From assembly GCF_963921235.1 (NCBI RefSeq), contig NC_086101.1, forward strand, positions 46,934,001 to 46,998,000: 64,000 nucleotides of DNA. The letters are read 5' to 3'. The stretch comes from Mobula hypostoma. Lineage: Eukaryota. Both the position numbers and the translations under genes were made by a program. This document shows, in pieces, positions 61,767-64,000 of the stretch (positions within the stretch are counted from its first letter, which is position 1; every line of letters starts with the position of its first letter). Under the pieces are notes generated by a model. It ran no database searches. It was given only the letters and a program-made list of their open reading frames with translations, and was not told where the DNA came from.

Positions 61767-62605
61767 GGAGAAACATTCAAAATGCTAATAAGAGAGAAGA
61801 GAGAGATTAGCGAGAAAGAAACGCATTTCAGAGTATTGACAGCAACTTTGATGTGTGTTGCTTGAATTTCCAGCATCTGCAGAATTCCTGTTGTCAGAGT
61901 ACTGACAGACTGGTTGCTTTGAATCTGAACTGTTTGAACTTTAATGGACAGGCGATACCCCAGCAGGGGGATAAAAAGAACAGGTTCGCTAAGGCACGAC
62001 ACACACCACGAGATCACGAGATAACGAGACCCTGGAAGAGCGGTGTGCCCCCACAAGTTGTTGAGAGTTGGAGGTCTGGTTCGAGGGAACCGACCATAGA
62101 CTGACAGGGTGAAAAGGGACGATCGGCGGGAACCTGGTGTGTGTGCCCGCCCTTGCCTGGGTGCCGGGTTCACCGCGGAAGAACGGTCGTATCCGGAACG
62201 GAGGGGTCACAGTCGGTGACCACAGAAGACATAAAAGGGTTCGCTCGAAAGCTAACTGTGAAGAACATCAAAGGTCTGTTTGAATCAAAATTTGCATTCT
62301 CTCTCTCTCTTTCCAACGGCACAACAGCGATTACTGCGAACTGTACTAAGCTGAACTGAACTCTGCGTTACTTGAGACTGATCATTCTACCCCTGGACTG
62401 CGATAGAGCTTGATTGATTCCTATTACCGTAGTTCTGTGTACACGTGTGTATTATCATTGCTAACCTGTTGTATTTACATCCTTACGATTAGAGTACTGT
62501 CTTACTTATTTCCTTAATAAAACTTTATTAGTTTCTGTTAAACCAGACTCCAACTAAGTGGTCCATTTCTGCTGGTTTGGCAACCCAGTTACGGAGTACG
62601 TAACA
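61767..62605 (+). mobile_element. 5'-truncated solo LTR with nested Penelope-like fragment (61843-61893)
   Basis: GATAAAAA TATA-like box, AATAAA near 62517, ends GTAACA; nested piece flanked by TCAGAGTA(T/C)TGACAG duplication. Confidence 0.65.
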
Positions 62606-64000
62606 CCGTATGTTTCCTCTAGACACTTTGGTATCTTCCCACATTACAAAAACGTGTAGATGAATAGTAGAATCTGGGTTGAAGGAGGGGAGGAGTTGAT
62701 AAGAATGTGGGAGGAATAGATTCCAGGGAACATTAGTGAGGTAATGCAGTTGATATGTAAGCCTGCACAGAATTAATGGTAATAGATCTAACGTTATTTT
62801 GTATTGCAATATGGAATACCTTCAAGCACAATTCATCAGGCAAGAAATCATCATTCTGGGAACTGCATTTGAGAGTCAAATGAACCACTAAGTTTGTGAG
62901 ACATCAGATCAACTCAAAGTAATGACCAGAGAGGGAGATGGATTAATGTTATGGAAGACACTCCTAATGGCAGAGCACAAACAAGAAGCTGGAGGAATTC
63001 AGTGGGTTAAGCAGCATCTGTTGATATTAATTGGAGGAAATGTAGTTCATTCATTCTAGACCTTCTCAGACAAGATCAGAGAAGCAATATAAAATATGGA
63101 AATAATGTAGAATTTAAATGGTAGCAAAAAAGAACTGATAATAAAGACTTCCATCAAATTACAGAATATAAAATGAGCAATAGGATTTGTGTTGCCTCTA
63201 CCTTTTTCTCTTCTTTTAAGAAGTCCTTTCACAATTAATATTTTTGCCTAAACTGTTGGCATTCCTAATCTTCTTTTTCTATTCAGTTAAGTATACTTTT
63301 TTCTCCAAAGCATAATAAATACATCCATATGAGTGAATACTACTGAATTATTTAAATTTTATGCAAAAACATGATGATCAAGAACACAAACACAGGAGGT
63401 GGTCAATTACCTTATTGCGTGCCTTCCATGATTACGGATTTTATTATTGCACACTGGCTTTTGTACAGTGCCTAACATTTAATTCAGTGTTAAAGCTCAT
63501 AAATATACACCTTTGAATAAACATATTTCACCGTCACAGTGTTCACCTATGAATTGGAAATAGAAAATCAAAAAAGCCTGCAAATGTTAGAAATCTCAAT
63601 TAAAAACAAAGTACTAACAATTTACAACTCCAACAATAAAAGAAATAAAATTAATATTTGAGTTTAATGATTTTAGTTCAACTAGAGGGAATTGATTTAA
63701 TGTGAGCGGGAAAAGGACTCGAGGATCAAATTCTTTATGCAAAGTGTAGTATGTACATGCAATGAGCTGCTGGAGAAAGTAAAGGCAGGTACAACAACAA
63801 AATTCAAAACATATTTGGATGAGTACCTGACTAGAAGGGTTTCGAGGAAAATAGCCCAACGGTGTGCAAATGGTACTAGCTTTTTGGGCATCATTACTCG
63901 CATGGATGAGTTGGGCTGAAGGACATGTTTCCATCTTGCATAACTCTTCATCAGAACTAAGCAAAGCTATGAAATCAGTACGTTTATTTTAAATTGCAGA

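Overview
Eukaryotic (vertebrate) genomic DNA. A cartilaginous fish such as a ray or shark is inferred from the repeat families; it is not proven. The backbone is the head-to-head gene pair DIS3 and PIBF1. DIS3 (minus strand) has coding exons 1-10 from 22723 down to 1709, splicing to 1494 nt in one frame, and continues off the left edge. PIBF1 (plus strand) has a probable non-coding exon 1 near 23.1-23.2 kb and coding exons at 36076-61167, and continues off the right edge. The two genes share a CpG-island bidirectional promoter containing a 33-34 bp tandem array of CTCF-like motifs. PIBF1 intron 1 holds a ~10.1 kb, nearly complete endogenous retrovirus on the minus strand (25196-35287). It has two 589-bp LTRs differing at about 18 positions, a PBS matching tRNA-Ser(CGA), gag-UAG-pro, a 2H-phosphoesterase/CNPase-like domain between protease and RT, pol, and a gamma-type env; a few lesions inactivate it. 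The introns are full of RTE, CR1, Rex1/Babar-like, Tc1, Tigger, hAT and SINE remnants. Two self-cleaving RNA folds can be read from the sequence: an HDV-like ribozyme exactly at the 5' end of a ~560 bp non-autonomous RTE-type retroposon (20397-20591), and minimal type-I hammerheads in Penelope-like fold-back insertions (best copy 55309-55344). There are two assembly gaps (487-619, 57407-57544).
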